A stretch of DNA of 64,000 nucleotides, taken from assembly GCF_006345805.1 (NCBI RefSeq), contig NC_042998.1, positions 105,834,001-105,898,000 of the forward strand, in the 5' to 3' direction. The stretch is from Octopus sinensis. Its lineage: Eukaryota. Below the pieces are notes generated by a model. It saw only the letters and a program-made list of their open reading frames with translations, was not told where the DNA came from and did no database searches. The position numbers and the translations under genes were made by a program. Position 1 is the first letter of the stretch; the number at the start of each line of letters is the position of its first letter. Shown piece after piece: positions 25,363-39,620 of this stretch.

Positions 25363-25542
25363 CATATGTTGAATAAATGATTGTTTGATATGATGATGAC
25401 ATAGCTGTTTCTTGTTCGCCCTGGATTAACCCTAATCCAATAGCCTTATGTTCAGAGCTATTCCAGTTGTGACCATCCAGTTCATCTTTTCTTTTTTTGT
25501 GTGTAAGTATATCTAAAACTATATTATCCATTGTACTTTTTC
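25363..25542 (-). CDS. Coding exon of the minus-strand gene (G-KSTMDNIVLDILTHKKRKDELDGHNW...YQTIIYSTY)
   Basis: ctatcttggacag|GA...G|gtgatt, with an alternative donor gtaatg at 25354; 180 nt open, phase 1 to 1. Confidence 0.65.
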
Positions 25543-25789
25543 CTGTCCAAGATAGTAGCATATGTTTTGAAGGAAATTTGGCTGTTATTTCTAGCTATTT
25601 GAGTGGCTTCATAGAAACTTCCTCATTGGCTCAAAGCATAGTGATTAAGAATGTGACTCCAGGATAGAGAGAAATACATATATTTGTAGGAGTAAAATAT
25701 CTAAAAGTGATGGAAATAAAGCATTGGCAATGTACAACAGCAGCATTAGTAATAATAATGAGTCTCTATCATTCACTTAATCTGCAAGA

Positions 25790-26330
25790 AAAAGGAATGG
25801 GCACATTGGTCAATGTAATCCTACATCACCTTGTCCATTTACAACAATGATCAAAACTTCACATTCTTGACACCGACAACATGCCTTAAAGTATTCCAGT
25901 AATGAAGAACACAGCAACATGCACAACCAAAGAATAATGATTGCACCTGCCTATTTTACAAGTTCTATGTGAGAAAACTGTGGAAATAGCAATGCTTCAA
26001 TATTCCAGGCACATGTGATACCCCAAAATCTCAATGAAATGTCCACTATCTACTTGTCATTTGAAAAGTTTAATCTTGACTTCCATTGCACTTGGATTAT
26101 AATAAGGAAGGACTGTACTCTGATGACCAGCCTCACTTTCTCATCACTGACTTTTTGAACCGGTAGCAAGACAGGCTGAGATGACCAAAGGTTTATATGA
26201 GATGCAGTGAGGATCTATGTACCTCACTAAGTTCTGAGAATATGCATTCAAAAGTGACAGTACTGGATATTATCTTTCACATTCTGTAATTTAACTACAG
26301 ATGTTTGGATTTCCTTTGTGCAGTCTGCAG
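25790..26330 (+). mobile_element. Highly decayed LINE RT remnant (L2/CR1-like)
   Basis: Scattered RT-like segments only; many stops. Confidence 0.3.
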
Positions 26331-26856
26331 GAAATCCAGTCTTCACGCATGTATAGTGACAAGTTTTTAAAGACTATCCTCAGGAGATTAAACCTCATCA
26401 ACCACCCTGAACCTTTTTCAGATGGCCAGCCAAATGCATATTGCCAAAAGTATACATTTCAAGACATACTATTAATATGACAAGATGGCATGGTAATGAA
26501 CTGGCAGAATCATTAACAACCCAGACAAAATGCTTGACAGCATTTTGTCCATCTTTATGTTCTGATTTCAAATACTGCTGGGGTCGATTTTGCTTTTGGG
26601 GGTTGATAAAATGAGTACTAGTTGAGGACTGGGGTCGATGTAATTGACTTAGCCCATCTCCCAAAATGGTGGCCTTGTGCCAAACTTTGAAGCCATTGTG
26701 ACAGAGTTGTCATAGCTGAAATTCCTTTGACCATAAGTCTATTCAGTCAGGTCTATTCCATTAGAGTTGACTTGGGACTAAAAAATAACAATAACAATAG
26801 CAGCAACTGTTGTAAGGTTTTGAAAAACAGATTTAATCCATTTTTAGGTTTAGTAC

Positions 26857-27087
26857 CATCTCCCGGCTCTTCAGTATCTTTAACAGTATCCATTATGTCC
26901 CAGAATTTTTCAGCTAGGTCTTTGGTCTGAGGATAACTTCCTACTTTCCTCCTATCTATCACAGTGTCTCTGAGAAGGATCAGGGATATTAACCTTCTTC
27001 CCTTGGTAAAGCCATTAAAATGAAAGTTGTATCTAGCTAAAATGTACATTGGTAAATACACAACAGCCATAGCAACTGCAGTAAAAT
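26857..27087 (-). CDS. Coding exon of the minus-strand gene (Y-FTAVAMAVVYLPMYILARYNFHFNGFTKGRRL...KDTEEPGD)
   Basis: gttgttcccactacag|AT...G|gtacta; 231 nt open, phase 1 to 1; the antisense frame has stops. Confidence 0.7.
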
Positions 27088-27419
27088 CTGTAGTGGGAAC
27101 AACTTTAGACTGATCTTCTGACAGTTAATCATCATCATCATCATCATCATTTAATGTCTGTTTTCCATGCTGGCATGGGTTGGATGGTTTGACTGAAAAC
27201 TGGTAAGCTGGAGAGCTGCACCAGGTTTCAATCTGATATGGCATGGTTTCTACAGCTGTATGCTCTTCCTAATGCCAACCACTCCAAAAGTGTAGTGGGT
27301 GTTTTTTATGAGCCACCAGCTACTGGGCCTACTGGGGGACCTGTATGCTAATAACCCAGTTTACAGTTATTTCTCCTTTCAGTATGGGGAAAATATCATT
27401 TCCCACTTAATGATTAATT

Positions 27420-27692
27420 TGCTGGTTGGTTGGTTGGCTGGCTGGCTGGCTGGTAGGTTGGCTGGCTGGTTGGTTGGTTGGCTGGCTGGCTGGTTGGTTG
27501 GTTGGTTGGTTGGTTGGCTGGCTGGTTGGTTCGTTCGTTCGTTCGTTCATTCGTTGGCTGGTTTGTTGGTTGGCTGGTTGGTTAGTTGGTTGGTTGGTTG
27601 GTTGGTTGGTTGGCTGGCTGGTTTGTTGGTTGGCTGGTTGGTTGGTTGGTTGGTTGGCTGGTTGGTTGGATGGTTGGTTGGTTGGTTGGTCA
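27420..27692. repeat. (TTGG/CTGG)n microsatellite
   Basis: Direct reading. Confidence 0.95.
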
Positions 27693-28650
27693 TTATTAAG
27701 AACAGCAGCAATCATCAATAACACATGCATCAATTACCATAAATTGTATAAATGTTATATTTAAATGTAAGACCTTTAAAAAGAATATTTTTTCAAAAAT
27801 TTAACTTTTATTTTAAAGAATTGGAATCAATGAAAAGGTTTCAAACTATTATACTTCAACCATCAAACCAACCCCAGTGCTATTACTATATTTCAATTTC
27901 AAGAACGTAAGTCAAAAAGTCATGCTTTTAACCTTTCTTCTACAAGCATTACCATGATAATCACTTATATTGATCTTTTTGAAACCATTCAGCTTTTGAG
28001 TGAATATTCAGTAAGGTTCTTAATATCATAATTGCCTTCTAAAAGTTGAAAAATTATTTTCCTGATATAATGCAATATTTTTAGCATTAATTTACATTGT
28101 TTTGTTTATTTCAAAGAAAATACTGCTTATGAGTTTAAATTTATTTATATGGAATGTGTCCTGTTCTTTATTCTTCAATGCTGGTTAAATTTCTACCTTA
28201 AACAAGAAAAATAAATAAACAGAATCTTAAACTGAATATTTATACTTATATTGTAAAGAAAGAAAAGGACAAGAAAAAAGTGAAAAATAGCATTGGTTCC
28301 TGCACAGGATTTGTAGTTTTATCTTATACTTATTTCGTCTCCAGTGTCTCGAGATCTTTTTAACATCATGGAAGTTCCTGGCCCTGATTCCTGTTTAACT
28401 ATTACTATGATATTGAGGCCACTGGCTTAATGATGGCATTCAGGAAATCACTTTACAGTCATGTGGTAGTGAGTTTGTTCCTACTGTGTAGTACCTTGTG
28501 ATATTGTCTTTTGCTATAGCTTTAGGTTGAGCATCTTTTGTGAGTGGAATTTAGCAGAGAGAATGTGTCAGAATCTATCATATGTGTATATCATATGTGT
28601 ATATGCATGCACTTATTATTTTCTATTATGTATTAGCAAAGGATACATAC

Positions 28651-28829
28651 ATATTTTATCCAGTTTTAGATATAAGCATAACCATAAAGCTAAGAAGTTT
28701 TCTTCACATCCACATGGTTCTGGATCCAATTTCACTCTGTGGCACTGTGGGTTAGTGTCTTCTATAACCTCAGCTAGAAAACTAAAAGATCCTATGATCT
28801 TCCAATGAAGTCCAGACACTTCTTTACTA
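28651..28829 (-). CDS. Coding exon of the minus-strand gene (F-SKEVSGLHWKIIGSFSFLAEVIEDTNPQCHRVKLDPEPCGCEENFLALWLCLYLKLDKI)
   Basis: tttctaatgtcaacag|T...T|gtatgt; 179 nt open, phase 2 to 1; overlaps track ORF 28616..28819. Confidence 0.7.
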
Positions 28830-29358
28830 CTGTTGACATTAGAAATTTATGTAGTCAATCAATGATTATGTTGTTGAAAATCTTTAATTTACAATGCAAC
28901 AGTACATCACTTGCAATATCAAATAAAAAAAATATTTTCAATATTTATTTTATAAAAAATAAGACAGTGAGCTGACAGAATCATTAGCATGCCAGGCATA
29001 TGCTTAGCAGCCTTTTGTCTGTCTTTACATTCTGAGTTCAAATTTTGCTAAGGTTAACTTTGTCTTTTATCCTTTCAAGATTGATAAAACAAATACCTAT
29101 TGAACACTGGGGTCAACATAATTGATTTAACTCCCTACTCCAAAATTTCTGGCCTTGTGCCAAAATTTGAAACCAATATTTATTTTACAAATGGGCATGG
29201 AGTTAATATTTTAATGCAATGTTTATAGTCAATGAATCCAAATGCTGTATAGTCTAATCATCATGATCACAATTACAGTTGTGAACCTCATGATCTTGCA
29301 TCATCATCATCATCATCATCATCATTCCCATTATCATAATAAACAACAGATGAATGAA

Positions 29359-29476
29359 GTTTAAATATTGTGACAATCGTTTCACCAGGAGTCTTTATGT
29401 AATTTAGTCATGAAAACTATTTTAGATTACATCATTCATTATGTGAATTGCTAGTCTCATCAGGTGCTGATTAAAC
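29359..29476 (-). ncRNA. Decayed hammerhead motif
   Basis: CUGAUGA-gacuag...ccuggu-GAAAC-gauu-GUC; stem I largely unpaired. Confidence 0.4.
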
Positions 29477-30675
29477 ACAGTCGAATCTCGACCAGCTGAC
29501 TAATTTCAGCAAATGGAGCTATATGTTAGCAACATATAAATCTAGCAAGTGGCTGTATTCAGCAGCAGACAATCAATTATGTTCTCTCTCTCTCTTTATA
29601 TATATATATATATGTATGTATATGTATATACAATACCGTATGTATACTCATATATATGTATGCATATATATGCATATATAACCATGTGTCCGTACGCATG
29701 TATATGATTGTGCATGTCTATGTATGTCTGTGCTCTTGTCCATATCCATATTTTTGGTCTTGTATGAAAAGGCATAACCTTGCAGTTCAACAAATGTAAA
29801 TCAATAAAATAACTAGCAGACCGAAATAAGTACGGAGGGCAACATCATTCACTAAAACCTTTGAAAGCAATGCTCTAGCATGGCCACCACAGTCAAATGG
29901 CTCACAATTACAAAGAATTATAGACAAATTATGATAACATCTGACTGAAATAAGTTTAGTTACAGAAACGAAAATGCAGTAATTTAGGTAAACTGAAACA
30001 TCCACGACCCTAAACTAGTTGTGACAACAAACATCTTAATCACATCAAATTAAATCTAATATTTTCAAAATCGCATCTAAAATAACTTTATTCAGTTTAA
30101 TGTTCGAGAAAGGATAAACATGCAGCTCTCTGGAAAGCAACGAAAATAACTGTAGAGACATTAGGTCTGTCTTATAGACGATGCTATACTTTAGCAGTAT
30201 TACATTTTCATTTCTCTAATGGACATTAAGCAGACAGTTGATTTAATATCTCAACTCTGGCACATATTTTGCAATTGCTTTCATTCTCTTGTAGAGTCTA
30301 ACGCCTTGTTGACCAGACAAATATCTCACTTTTGAGTACACTAAGTGAATGTATCTATTGAACAAATTCCAATCATGACATTTATATAGATAGACAATAT
30401 AATTTCTCTTTTTTCTCTCTCCATCAAAAAATATCTTAAAATATCTTATTGATTTTGTGCTATATTTATTATTCTATTCCAGAATCTTAATTGTGAAATG
30501 AAATTTACTTCAAATACATGAGTGTACTTTTATATGTGCTTGCATTAGACTGTGTATGTGTAGGTGCACGTTTGTGTGTGTGTGTGCGTGTGTGTGTGTG
30601 TGAGTGTGTGAATGTTTGTATTGTGTGTGTGCAACTGTATGTATGTGTGTGTGTGTGTGTGTGCAACTGTATGTA

Positions 30676-30721
<46 letters not shown>

Positions 30722-31739
30722 GGAGACTATATTGGTTTGTCAAGCACATGAATATATATGAATGTAGTATATAAACACATATTTATATCTACATGTGTCT
30801 GATGAGTGTGTGTGTGTGTATACATACGTATATACATACATACATACATATATACATACATATGTATGTATGTATGTGTATGTATGTGTGTGTGTGTGTA
30901 TATATATGGATATAATACATATATGTGTATGTATGTGTGGGTGAGTATATGTGGGTGTGTATATATGTATGTATGTATGTATAAACACACACACACACAA
31001 AAATACACATATATACGTACTTATATGTTACATACATGTTAGTAAATGTGTGAATGGTGTATCTGTATGTGAGCAAGAGAGAGAGAGAGCAACAGAGAGA
31101 GATAAAAACCTAGACATCTAGCTACTGATTTTTCCTGGAAGAACTGTGAAGGTAATTGGCCTCAATATTATGTATAGCAAATAAATTATAGGAAAAATAA
31201 AAAACATAAATGGACAAAAATAATCATTCAAAATAGGTTATCAAAGAAGAAATACTTCTACATTATCAATAGTGCAAGCAATATTTTTGTTTCAATAGTA
31301 TGCTAATGTAATTTGTTATATAATTAGCATAATATTCATACATAGATTTTTTCTTCAGTCGGTGCAGCTCTTGCAAAAGTATGTCAGCTACCCAAGTTTT
31401 ATTAATAATTTATATGGTGGATCACTTAGTTGTTGCCAGCTCTCTAACAGGATATTGCATATATATTTTAATCCAACTAATGCTGCTAGTCAAATTTTGT
31501 TAACCTCCTACAAGCATTCTTTCATCCAGTGTATTCTGCTACCAAAATATTTGGTGCTTTGTTTTTTGTACCATTTCATTGGGTGTATGGCTAAGAAGCT
31601 TGCTTCTCAGTCATGCAGTTTGGGGTTCAGTCCCACAGCTCAGCAAATGGGCAAGTAAGTGTCTTCTACTATAATCTTGGGTTGATCAGATCTTTGTGAG
31701 TGAATTTAAAAGATGGAAACTAAAAGAAGCCTATTGTGC

Positions 31740-31776
<37 letters not shown>

Positions 31777-34700
31777 ATGGGTGATGCCAGTGTCACGTAA
31801 CTAGCATCTATGCCAGTGGCATGTGCAGAGCACCCTTTGAATGCTGGGCCAATACCAATATGTCATGTATGAAAGCAGTGAGCTGGTGGAAATGTTAGCA
31901 TGCTGGGCGAAATGCTTAGCAGTATTTCTCAGTTCAAATCTGCCAAGGTTGACTATGCCTTTCATCTTTTCGGGGTCAATAAATTAAGTACTAGTTGTAT
32001 ACTGGGGTCGATCTCAATGACTGACCCTCTCCCCAAAATTTTCGGGCTTTGTGCCTAGAGTAGAAAAGAATATGCCATGCTTAAGAAGACTCTGTCAAAC
32101 CAAGTGAAATTGTAGTTGTCACTGATGCTGGTGTCATGTAACTGGCACCCATGCTAGTGGCATATAAAAAGAACCCATTACACTCTTGGAGTGGTTGGTG
32201 TTAGGAAGGGCATCCAGCTGTAGAAACCATGCTAGAAGAGTTGTGCCCCACCCACATGTAACAACACACTTTTCACCCACTCTACCCTAAGAAATCAAAC
32301 TACAACTACTCTTCTAACTGCGTCTTTCTCTTCCTCTCATTTCCTCTTCATAAATTATGATTGTTTTCCAATCCTCTTTCTTGCCCTCACTGCCCTGCTC
32401 ACTGTATCGCTGCTCCTCACACAACCAACACCCTATTTTTCTAACCAGGTTCTACATTCATATTCTTGTTACTTGTGAGTACACCCTAGCACTATACCAT
32501 CTTTCTTCTACACTCCCTTATACTTTTGCTGTTTCCTACTCTATCTTTCTTTCCCTTTGGTCACTCTCTCTACTTCTCTTGTTTTTCCTCTAAGTAAACA
32601 AGTTTCTCCTTTACATCAGCACACTTGTTTCTGGCCTCTTTCTTGTATCTCTCTCTCACTCTCTATCTCTTATATCTGTCTCTCTTTCACTCACTCACTT
32701 GGTAATCATGTACCTCTTCTATAGCAAGATGCCTCTTTCTGCCTCTCTATTTCTCTGTTACACTCTAACCTTTCATCATTTGATGCTGGATCACCTCCTC
32801 TAATGACCCCTCTGTTGTGGCAAGACACCTGCTTCTGTCTCTCTGTCCCTTTGTCACTCTCTAACCTTTCATCCTCTGACACAAGTTCCCCTCTTCAAAT
32901 GCCCTGCCCCTCTCATAATTCCTAGACTTGTGAGTTACTTGGTTACCTTGCTAGTCCTAGTGCCACATTAAAAGCATCAAATCCACACTGTAACACGGTT
33001 GGCATTTGGAAGGGCATCCAACTGTAAAAATCATGCCACATAAAAAACACTGAGTCTGTCCAACCCATGCCAGCATGAAAAGCAGAAGTTAAACGATGAT
33101 GATGATGATGATGATGATGATTGGAAATAAATGACATTCATTTACAACTATCAAGGAGATGCAAGCACAGACACAAAGATACAGACACACACGCACACAC
33201 ACACACACACACACATGCACATGCACACACACACACATACACACATATATATATATACAGATATATAAATTAACAATGGGCTTCTTTCAGTTTCCATATA
33301 TCAAATCTGCTCACATGGCTTTGGTCAGCCCAGGGCTATAGCAGAAGACACTTGCCCAAGATGGCATGCAGAATGACTACACTCAAAACTGTCTTTGGAA
33401 AGCAAACTTCTTAAACACACAGATATGCCTGCACCTGTATGTGTGTGTGTCTTTGTATGTGTGTTTCTCTGCTTGTCTTGGCATCATGTGATGATTCTAA
33501 ATGAGCATCACCATCTCATAAGTGATGCCATTCATTTTCTGTCCATGAGGAAATATTACCTTGCTTGGTAAAAGGTGAGAATTGATGAAAAGAAAGGCAT
33601 CCGGCTGAAGGAAACCTGCTTCAATGAATTCCATTTGACCCATGAAGTATGGAAAGGTGACTGATAAAATAATGATGATGGTGGTGGTGTTGGTGGTGGT
33701 GGTGGTGGTGGTGGTGGTGGTGGCCGTGTTGGTGACAATGATGACAACGACAATGCTAATGATGATGATGATGATGATAATGATGATGGTGATGATGATG
33801 ATGATGAGGAGGAGGAGGAGGGTGATGGTGGTAGTGATACTGATAATGGTTGATTGATTGCTTGATTGAGTGTCTGCATCTTTGAAATTAAGGAATATAA
33901 AAAGACTTCATTTTTTTTTTATTGGCAAAGCTTTTAATGGAATCTACCAAATGTTTTTAGTATTTGGATTTGATCTCTCATCCATAGACATAATCCTACT
34001 ATGAGTCATTGAAGCTCTGAAAAGAACTGAATGTGCTGCCTTACTTCTTTTGACTTAATCATCAAAATAATGATAATATAAATAGCTTTTGTTTAAGCTT
34101 GTATTTTGGGAAGATCATAATGCCAATAACAAACATATTTAATGGTTCAGTTTCATTTCTTTTATTATTATTATTATTATTATTAATTTACCATTTAATG
34201 ATTATCCAACTGATCATTTAATTGATCATTCTTAACTGATTGATTGATTGACCAAATGATTAATCAAACAATCAGTTAAAGGATGAACTTGCCTTACATA
34301 TGATATAGTGAAAAAAAATATTATGGCATTTATATCTAAATTAATTAAGATATTAAAATATTGTCTTAGGACCTTGTGATAAAATGAAAAATGAAGCTAA
34401 GAAGCTGGCATGTTAAAACCAGCTGGTGAAAGCAAGAGACATGTTTTGGTTTTATTTATTCTTTTTGGTGAAATATATTCTGCTCAGTTGGGAAAACTAA
34501 GAGAGGTCAATATATATTGACTCTGATAATGAATTTCAACAATATGGTTGAGTATAAATATTAAAGGAAAGTATTCTGCATACTAAATATGTATTTAATA
34601 TAGTGAGTTGATAAATTACAGATGAAATTATCCAAATAGTTGACAAAAGAAATACAACATTTTATACATACTGGTGGCTAGCTCCTGCCATGTGGTTGCA

Positions 34701-35169
34701 GTCAAGCTGCAGTTTCTAAAATAGATCCAAACCATCAGATAGATTCAGTCACCAGAATCATTAATATGTTGGGCAAAATGCTTGACAGCATTTATTCTGA
34801 CTCTATGTTCTAAGTTCAAATTTCTGGCCAGGTAAACTTTGCCTTTCATCCTTTAGGGGCTGATAAAATAAGTACCAGCTGAGATGAGGGTTGAGGCGGG
34901 GGTGGCTTACTCACTTTGCAGTAATTGGCTTACCCTCTCTGCTGGCCTTGTGCCAAAATTAGAAAGAATTATTTTCCTGCATTTACATTTTTGTTAACAT
35001 TGCTTTAAACGTTTTCCTTTTAATTTATCTAATGGAATGGATGGGGGTATATACATTTTTAGGTGGTAGCTGTAACACATCATATGGTTTATTACCACCA
35101 GCTGGTTCATATATATCTTTAGCAGAATCCACTCTGTTGCAAGCATTCCAGCCCATTACAATTCCTTAC

Positions 35170-35235
35170 AAATGTTCTAGCTGGGCATTGACCACGATGA
35201 CTGACCTCCAAAATTCAGTTACTGCACTTTCTCCT
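35170..35235 (-). CDS. Coding exon of the minus-strand gene (Q-GESAVTEFWRSVIVVNAQLEH)
   Basis: ttttattaattcattcag|A...TT|gtaagg; 66 nt, phase 2 to 2. Confidence 0.6.
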
Positions 35236-36803
35236 CTGAATGAATTAATAAAACATCAAATCTTATTTGTTATTGCAATAACAAACATTATTTGTTATTG
35301 CTGTTTTTACATAATTTCAAATTGTTATTGCTTCTTAGATGTTCTCATTCAGAATATATTTTCTTGATGATTATATTTTTTTTTCATAGAAACCATAATA
35401 GTGTAACTCTTTTAATACTAATCCATACAATAATATTAAAATATTTGTATTTAAATTAAAATCTATAGGTGCAAACGTGACTGTGTGGTAAAAATATTTG
35501 CTTCCCAACTACTTGGTTTCATGTTCAACCCCGCTGCAGATATTTGGGACAAGTGTTTCTCTCTGGGCTAACTAATGCCTTATGAGTGAATTTTGTTGTT
35601 GAAAACTCTGTAGAATACCATCATACCCACATACACAAATACACACACAGATAATATAAACATATTTATATATAACTGCAGGTCTGGCTGCTTCCAACCA
35701 CATGGCTCCAGGTTCAGTCCCACTACATGGGTAAGTCCCTTCTACTATAGCCTTTGGCTGACCAAGGTCTTGTGAGTGGAATTGGTAGATGGAAACTGAG
35801 AGAAGTCTGTTATATATATATATATGTATATATATTTGTATGTTTGTGTCTTTGTTTGTCCCCCATCATCATCACTTGACAACTGATGTGTTTACATCCC
35901 TGTAACTTAGTGGTTTGGCAAAAGAAACTGATAGAATAAGTACTAGGCTTACAAAAATTTCTTTGACTGAAACCCCTGAAGGTGGTACTCCAATATGGCC
36001 GCAGTCAGATGACTGAAACAAGTAAAAGAATATAAGAATATATATGTATATGTGTGTCTGTGTGTACATATGTGTGTATTACAGAAAGATAGCAAACTGA
36101 CAGACTTGTTAGAGCATCTGGAGGTAGGTTTACATTGATTAACATTGGCTTTCATCTTTTGGTGGAGGGGTGTCAATAGATAAAGTACTACTCAAATACT
36201 GGGGGTGATTTTACCCTCTTTCTTTCTCTTTGGGTTGCAGATGTAATTCAAAGCTTCAACCTTGTGTTATGATAATTCAACCAGAGAACTGACTCTGGAA
36301 TACTCAATCACTAATGTATCAAATTTTCAAAGCACAAGCATGGTTGTGTGGTTGAAAAGCTAACTTTACAACCAAATGATTTTCGGTTCACTCCCACTGT
36401 GTAGCACCTTGTTCATGTGTTTTGAACTGTAGTCATGGGCTAACAAATTCCTTGTGAGTGAATTTGGTGACAGAAACTATATGCAAGGCCATTATGTGTG
36501 TGTGCACGTGTGTGTGTGTGTGTGTGTGTGTGCATGCGTTTATGTGTGTGGGTTTGGGTTTGTATATATATATATCGAATTGAAGGCTCCCACCCACTCT
36601 GGATTGAGTTACTGTCTAACAGACTTTGACATATTTTATGTTATTTTGTTCTAAACCAGTAGTATTTAATGAGCTTTCTGCAATCAGGGAGGTTAACAAT
36701 CTTTGTTTACATGATGTCTTTTTTATTTTCCTGTTCCATTTTTTTCACCAACTTCCTTCATGTTTTTTCCACATTCTTTTCTTTTTTTTTCGTATTTTCT
36801 TAC

Positions 36804-36850
36804 TGTCCAGCTTCCTTGTTTTTAAAATATGTATAACACATAAACAGAGC
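36804..36850 (-). CDS. Coding exon of the minus-strand gene (ALFMCYTYFKNKEAG)
   Basis: atctttcag|GCT...CA|gtaaga; 47 nt, phase 0 to 2, joins in frame to exon 35235. Confidence 0.55.
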
Positions 36851-37026
36851 CTGAAAGATTGCTTTAAGGTACATGGCATATTTTAAAAATATACCTGTTC
36901 AAGTATCATAATAGCATGAAACTATTAGTAGCTCTTTTGTTTGTGTATCTAAATTGATATTTATCTCTCACTGGACGGAGTACTGTTTTTGTTGATTCTA
37001 CCTCAATTGGATTTTTAAACTATATA

Positions 37027-37688
37027 TCTATTATATAAAATCGTTCTGTCTGTGTGTGTGTGTCTTCTCGGATCTCGGGTGTCATCCATCTGAGTGCGCT
37101 CAAATTTGATATGTAGATACCAACGGTATCAGGGCGTGTATAAGTCTTGAAAAAATTACAAAATTCGATTCCAGGCAAGAATGCGATTGATAAAGCCGTG
37201 GGAATGTGCATTTGTACACACAAGTACATCAGCTATTGCGATTGATACTACGCATACATACCTCTCTTAACTCCAAAAGACCCTCAACCACAACAACTTG
37301 GGTTATGTTTTAATTAAATTAAATTAAACTCTATTAAATATTTAAATTAAATTAAACTCTATTAAATATTTAAATTAAATTAAACTCTATTAAATATTAT
37401 CTGTTATAGTTAATAGTTAAAATATATTTGTGTGAATAAAATCGTTTTTCTTTGGAATAGAAAAAAGTTTATCTTTATTTCTTCTTTTGCTGGCGTCTCA
37501 AATTTAGGCTAAATCAGTGTTTCTCAAAGGGGAGGCTTATGGGACGGTCAGACAAGTTGCTTTGAGAAAATTTGGTTTAAATCTTTGACAAATCAGCACT
37601 GTCCATTAGAACGGGGGGGGGGTGCGTTTTGCTCATATATATATATATACTAGCATTATGACCCATCGTTGCCGGGTCATAGTGCTAG
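37027..37688 (+). mobile_element. Non-autonomous Helitron-like element (plus strand)
   Basis: A|TC start (tctattatataaaatcgttctgtctgtgtg), hairpin and CTAG|T end; internal 28-bp tandem repeats at about 37310-37395. Confidence 0.55.
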
Positions 37689-39317
37689 TGCATGTATATA
37701 TGTGTATATATGTGTATATATATTACATGTACATCTATATATAAACATCTACACATAAAATACAAAATACAAAGTTATATCTTGATATCGCTAGTGATAA
37801 CAATACTCAAAATATATAACAGACTGGAATTGTAGGCCCGTCTCTTGCAATTTCGATCAATTGTATCTTGTCCTCCCTTTGGTATAGAAGTGTGGCTACA
37901 ATCCAGTCTACCTCTACTTCTGGGGGGACATTTTAAATTTTTATCTGGGACCTCCTACGTCCCAGATATAAAGGTAAAAACAAAATATTTCCACTTTGCA
38001 AGGTTCGAGTCGAGTACTCTCCATTGACTCAAACCTTGCTTCTATTGTGGCGAATTTACCGCCACTGGTTAGATATCTTTCATAGTCGCACCAAGACACT
38101 TTTCGATGGTGCTTTCCTCCAGGTGTTCAAATCTTTTTTTTTCTCTATATTGTATACTTTATAGACAATAGTCTTTTCTTTAATTTAATTTTTTATTTCG
38201 TTTGGTGGTGTTATCCTAGATTCACCGTCTTTGTCGGTGATCAATCCAAAATAGATTAATTTTAATTTTAATGAGTTCGCGTCCGCCGACAGCTGCATCG
38301 AAATTCATTTTTGGACTTTCTTCTATCGAAGACATTTTAACAAAAATGCTTCCATATACACGGTGAAAATATTGTCAATTTCTCCAAACAGGAACACAAT
38401 TGAAATTTTAAACAATAACCAAAGCTCCTTCTCCCAAAGGGGGAGGGTTACGGTTTACAATTATTTAACAAATGGAACACAACAACGTTTCCCTTACGTG
38501 GTTTCACATGAATGGGAATAAATTAAAAATAAAATTAGCATGCAGAAATGGAATAGTCCAGATGGAGGTGTGCAATACCCTTTACCACGGCTTTTACATT
38601 AGATTATCTGCTAATTAGCTAGCATTAAGTATCTACATGAAGTTTGGTTGTACGTAATGTCTGTTTTCTCGAACAGCTGCTTCTACTGAGTACTGACATT
38701 ATTATTACTGTTTACTATTATTAGGGTTACAGTTTACAATTATTTAACAAATGCAACACAACAACGTTTCCCTTACGAGTAACCAACAAACGTGATTACA
38801 ATAGTCAAACAGTAATAATAATAACAACAAACCTTTTTAATTTATCCCCATTTATGTGAAACCACTTATTCAAGTTCAAGTCATTGATGCAATTTTACAC
38901 GAATTGCTAATACACACACACACACATAATAAGGGTGAAAAATTGAATATTAATTTGATTAATATGAATTGAAAACCAGTGGTGTAGCATATAAGACCAT
39001 AGCGGATCTTCTAGCAAAATGGATGACCATTGTTAATGGTTCATCCCTGTTATATAATACTTTCACTTTAATAGTGAAAGTGTCTGCATTACAAAAGAGA
39101 GATGTTTTTGTTTCACTTTTAGCACGTAAAACTGAAATAGTGGAGAAGATATGATATTGCTGTGGGGTCGCCCTAGGAAAAAAGTTAAGATGACACTCCC
39201 CGGACCTTAAGTAAGGCATGTGTAAAATTTGAATGAAATTGGTTGTGTAGCTCTCAAGTTTTAGGGAAACACACAGACAGACAGACAGACACACATTCTC
39301 AGTTATATATATATAGA
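37650..39317 (-). mobile_element. Non-autonomous Helitron-like element (minus strand)
   Basis: A|TCTATATATATAACTGAGAATGTGTGTCTGTCTGTC 5' end, 3' hairpin and CTAG|T; internal ~55-bp direct repeat near 38445 and 38725. Confidence 0.7.
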
Positions 39318-39399
39318 TATATATTTATATATATACACACACACATGCATGTATAGCCTAAACAAGGTGGGTCAATATACAGTAGAGGAAAACTACCTG

Positions 39400-39620
39400 T
39401 TCAGATCTTTGGCGGAATGACATCCAGCATATCAGATTTCTAATCCAGGCTATCTATGACACTCTGCCAAGTCCAAAAAACCTTTATGCTAAGAGCAGGA
39501 ATTAAACATCATCTTGGGCTTTGTATGCTAAAAGAGAATCCTTTCAACATCACCTCAGCAGCTGCTCTGAACCCAAAGCTGATGACAGGGGCAGATGTGG
39601 AGGTGATATCAACAGCCATT
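39400..39620 (+). mobile_element. HERO/NeSL-like LINE fragment
   Basis: IRFLIQAIYDTLPSP.NL..QHHLSSC..GR pattern. Confidence 0.45.

Noticed and set aside
31340-31560. Several possible microexons on both strands
   Set aside because: Too many alternative weak sites; the gene model is in frame without them.
35055-35169. Frame stays open past a single TAA after exon 35170 (idea: stop recoded by A-to-I editing, or a 36-nt intron)
   Set aside because: The TAA lies in a strong GTAAGG donor whose phase matches exon 28829, so ordinary splicing explains it.
35032-35367. 111-aa plus-strand ORF
   Set aside because: It is the shifted antisense shadow of the minus-strand exon, with S/T/L/P-rich composition and no convincing donor.
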